From an uncultured Thermoleophilia bacterium (GTDB lineage Bacteria > Actinomycetota > Thermoleophilia > Gaiellales > Gaiellaceae), in the NCBI GenBank assembly GCA_963721955.1, contig CAVRKG010000002.1, positions 13,865 to 77,864 of the forward strand: a stretch of DNA of 64,000 nt, in the 5' to 3' direction. This document shows, one piece after another, positions 63,087 through 64,000 of this stretch; within the stretch, counting starts at the first letter, position 1; every line of letters starts with the position of its first letter. A program made the position numbers and the translations under genes. Under the pieces are notes generated by a model that made no database searches, was not told where the DNA came from, and was given only the letters and a program-made list of their open reading frames with translations.

Positions 63087-63586
63087 GGTTCGAACCTCCG
63101 GGCGAGGAGGTGATCGTCGACGGTACGGCCGTCGAGCAGGAACTCGTCGACGAGCACCCCTTCCGTCTGGAACCCCGCCGCAGCGTAGAGGCGACGTGCC
63201 ACCTCGTTCGTCGAGAGAACCCGCAGCGACAACTTCACGGCGCCACGGCGCTTCGCCTCTTCTATCGCTGCGTCGACGAGCGCGCGACCGACCCCGCTGC
63301 CCTGGAAGTCGGGGTCGACGGCCAGCCCGCGGATCATCTGCACTCGCGCGCTGGCGGGGAGAGGCGTCGCGGTGCCGATCAACGCATAGCCCGCGATCCG
63401 CTCACCCACGACGGCGACGAGCGTGTCGGACGGCTCGACGTGTGGACGGAAGAAGACAGGGTCGGAAGCTCGCGGCGCGGGCGAGGCGTCGGCCGACCAG
63501 GTGGCCGAGTCGATCTCCACGAGGCGTGCCTCGTCCGCGGCTTCCGCCCACCGGATCGTCACCGTCTGCGTCGTCGCCGAGCTCAC
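63083..63586 (-). CDS. GNAT N-acetyltransferase
   Basis: GLAVDP.FQGSGVG, LRVLSTN..ARRLY...GF; 4-nt overlaps at both ends. Confidence 0.88.
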   Translation of the reverse strand: MSSATTQTVTIRWAEAADEARLVEIDSATWSADASPAPRASDPVFFRPHVEPSDTLVAVVGERIAGYALIGTATPLPASARVQMIRGLAVDPDFQGSGVGRALVDAAIEEAKRRGAVKLSLRVLSTNEVARRLYAAAGFQTEGVLVDEFLLDGRTVDDHLLARRFEP

Positions 63587-63999
63587 CGGTCGAACCTCAG
63601 GTAGGGCTCGAGCCCGTGCAGGCCACCTTCGCGGCCGAAACCCGACTCCTTGTAGCCGCCAAACGGAGAGGTCGGGTCGAAACGGTTGAACGTGTTCGCC
63701 CACACGACTCCCGCCCGGAGACGCTCGGCCATCCAGAGGATGCGGGAGCCCTTCTCCGTCCAGACGCCGGCAGAGAGGCCGTACGGCGTGTTGTTCGCCT
63801 TCTCGACCGCCTCCTCCGGGGTGCGGAACGTGAGCACGGCGAGCACAGGCCCGAAGATCTCCTCCTGCGCGATCCGCGAGCTCTGCGCGACGTTCGTGAA
63901 GACGGTCGGTGCGAACCAGTAGCCCTTCTCCGGCAGACGACACGGCGGCTGGTACATCTCCGCCCCATCGTCGGTTCCGCTCGAGACCAGCTCGCGGAT
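63583..63999 (-). CDS. Aldehyde dehydrogenase, C-terminal part (5' end outside window)
   Basis: EEIFGPV, YGLSAG, PFGGYKESGFGREGG. Confidence 0.92.
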   Translation of the reverse strand: MRELVSSGTDDGAEMYQPPCRLPEKGYWFAPTVFTNVAQSSRIAQEEIFGPVLAVLTFRTPEEAVEKANNTPYGLSAGVWTEKGSRILWMAERLRAGVVWANTFNRFDPTSPFGGYKESGFGREGGLHGLEPYLRFDR

Positions 64000-64000
64000 G

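Overview
A high-GC (about 70% by eye), gene-dense core-genome window with pervasive leaderless TANNNT promoters and CGAAC-N4-GTTCG SOS boxes. It most resembles a deep-branching actinobacterium (Thermoleophilia/Gaiellales-like; this assignment is an inference). Contents in order: a ~11 kb cation-transport island (trkA-trkH-trkH convergent with two APC+USP transporters, a 58-aa membrane protein and two more RCK genes, then a K+-independent hppA); ybdK, a GT4, rex, grx and gdh; an S8 protease with tsaD-rimI-tsaB-tsaE-udg; panG-panC-panB; an ECF sigma/anti-sigma locus; uvrA and uvrB; two secreted dimethylformamidase-beta-like paralogs; slt-coaE-rpsA-polA; a LarA-like gene; livKHMGF; tRNA-Leu(CAA); two PFKs; a degenerate-TrpC/GT39/MFS-SpeE operon; and an aldehyde dehydrogenase pair split by a GNAT. 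I found no mobile elements or CRISPR arrays. Six genes carry seven +1 frameshifts that look like consensus artefacts. The best candidates for undescribed biology are the paired APC-USP/RCK module, the secreted DMFase-like pair, the pseudo-TrpC/GT-C/methyltransferase operon, a GT4+YbdK pair behind rex, a shared ECF promoter (GGAACC-N15-GTGTA), a pan-motif-like leader hairpin and an odd-spaced Rex operator. All product calls come from motif recognition only; no searches were run.
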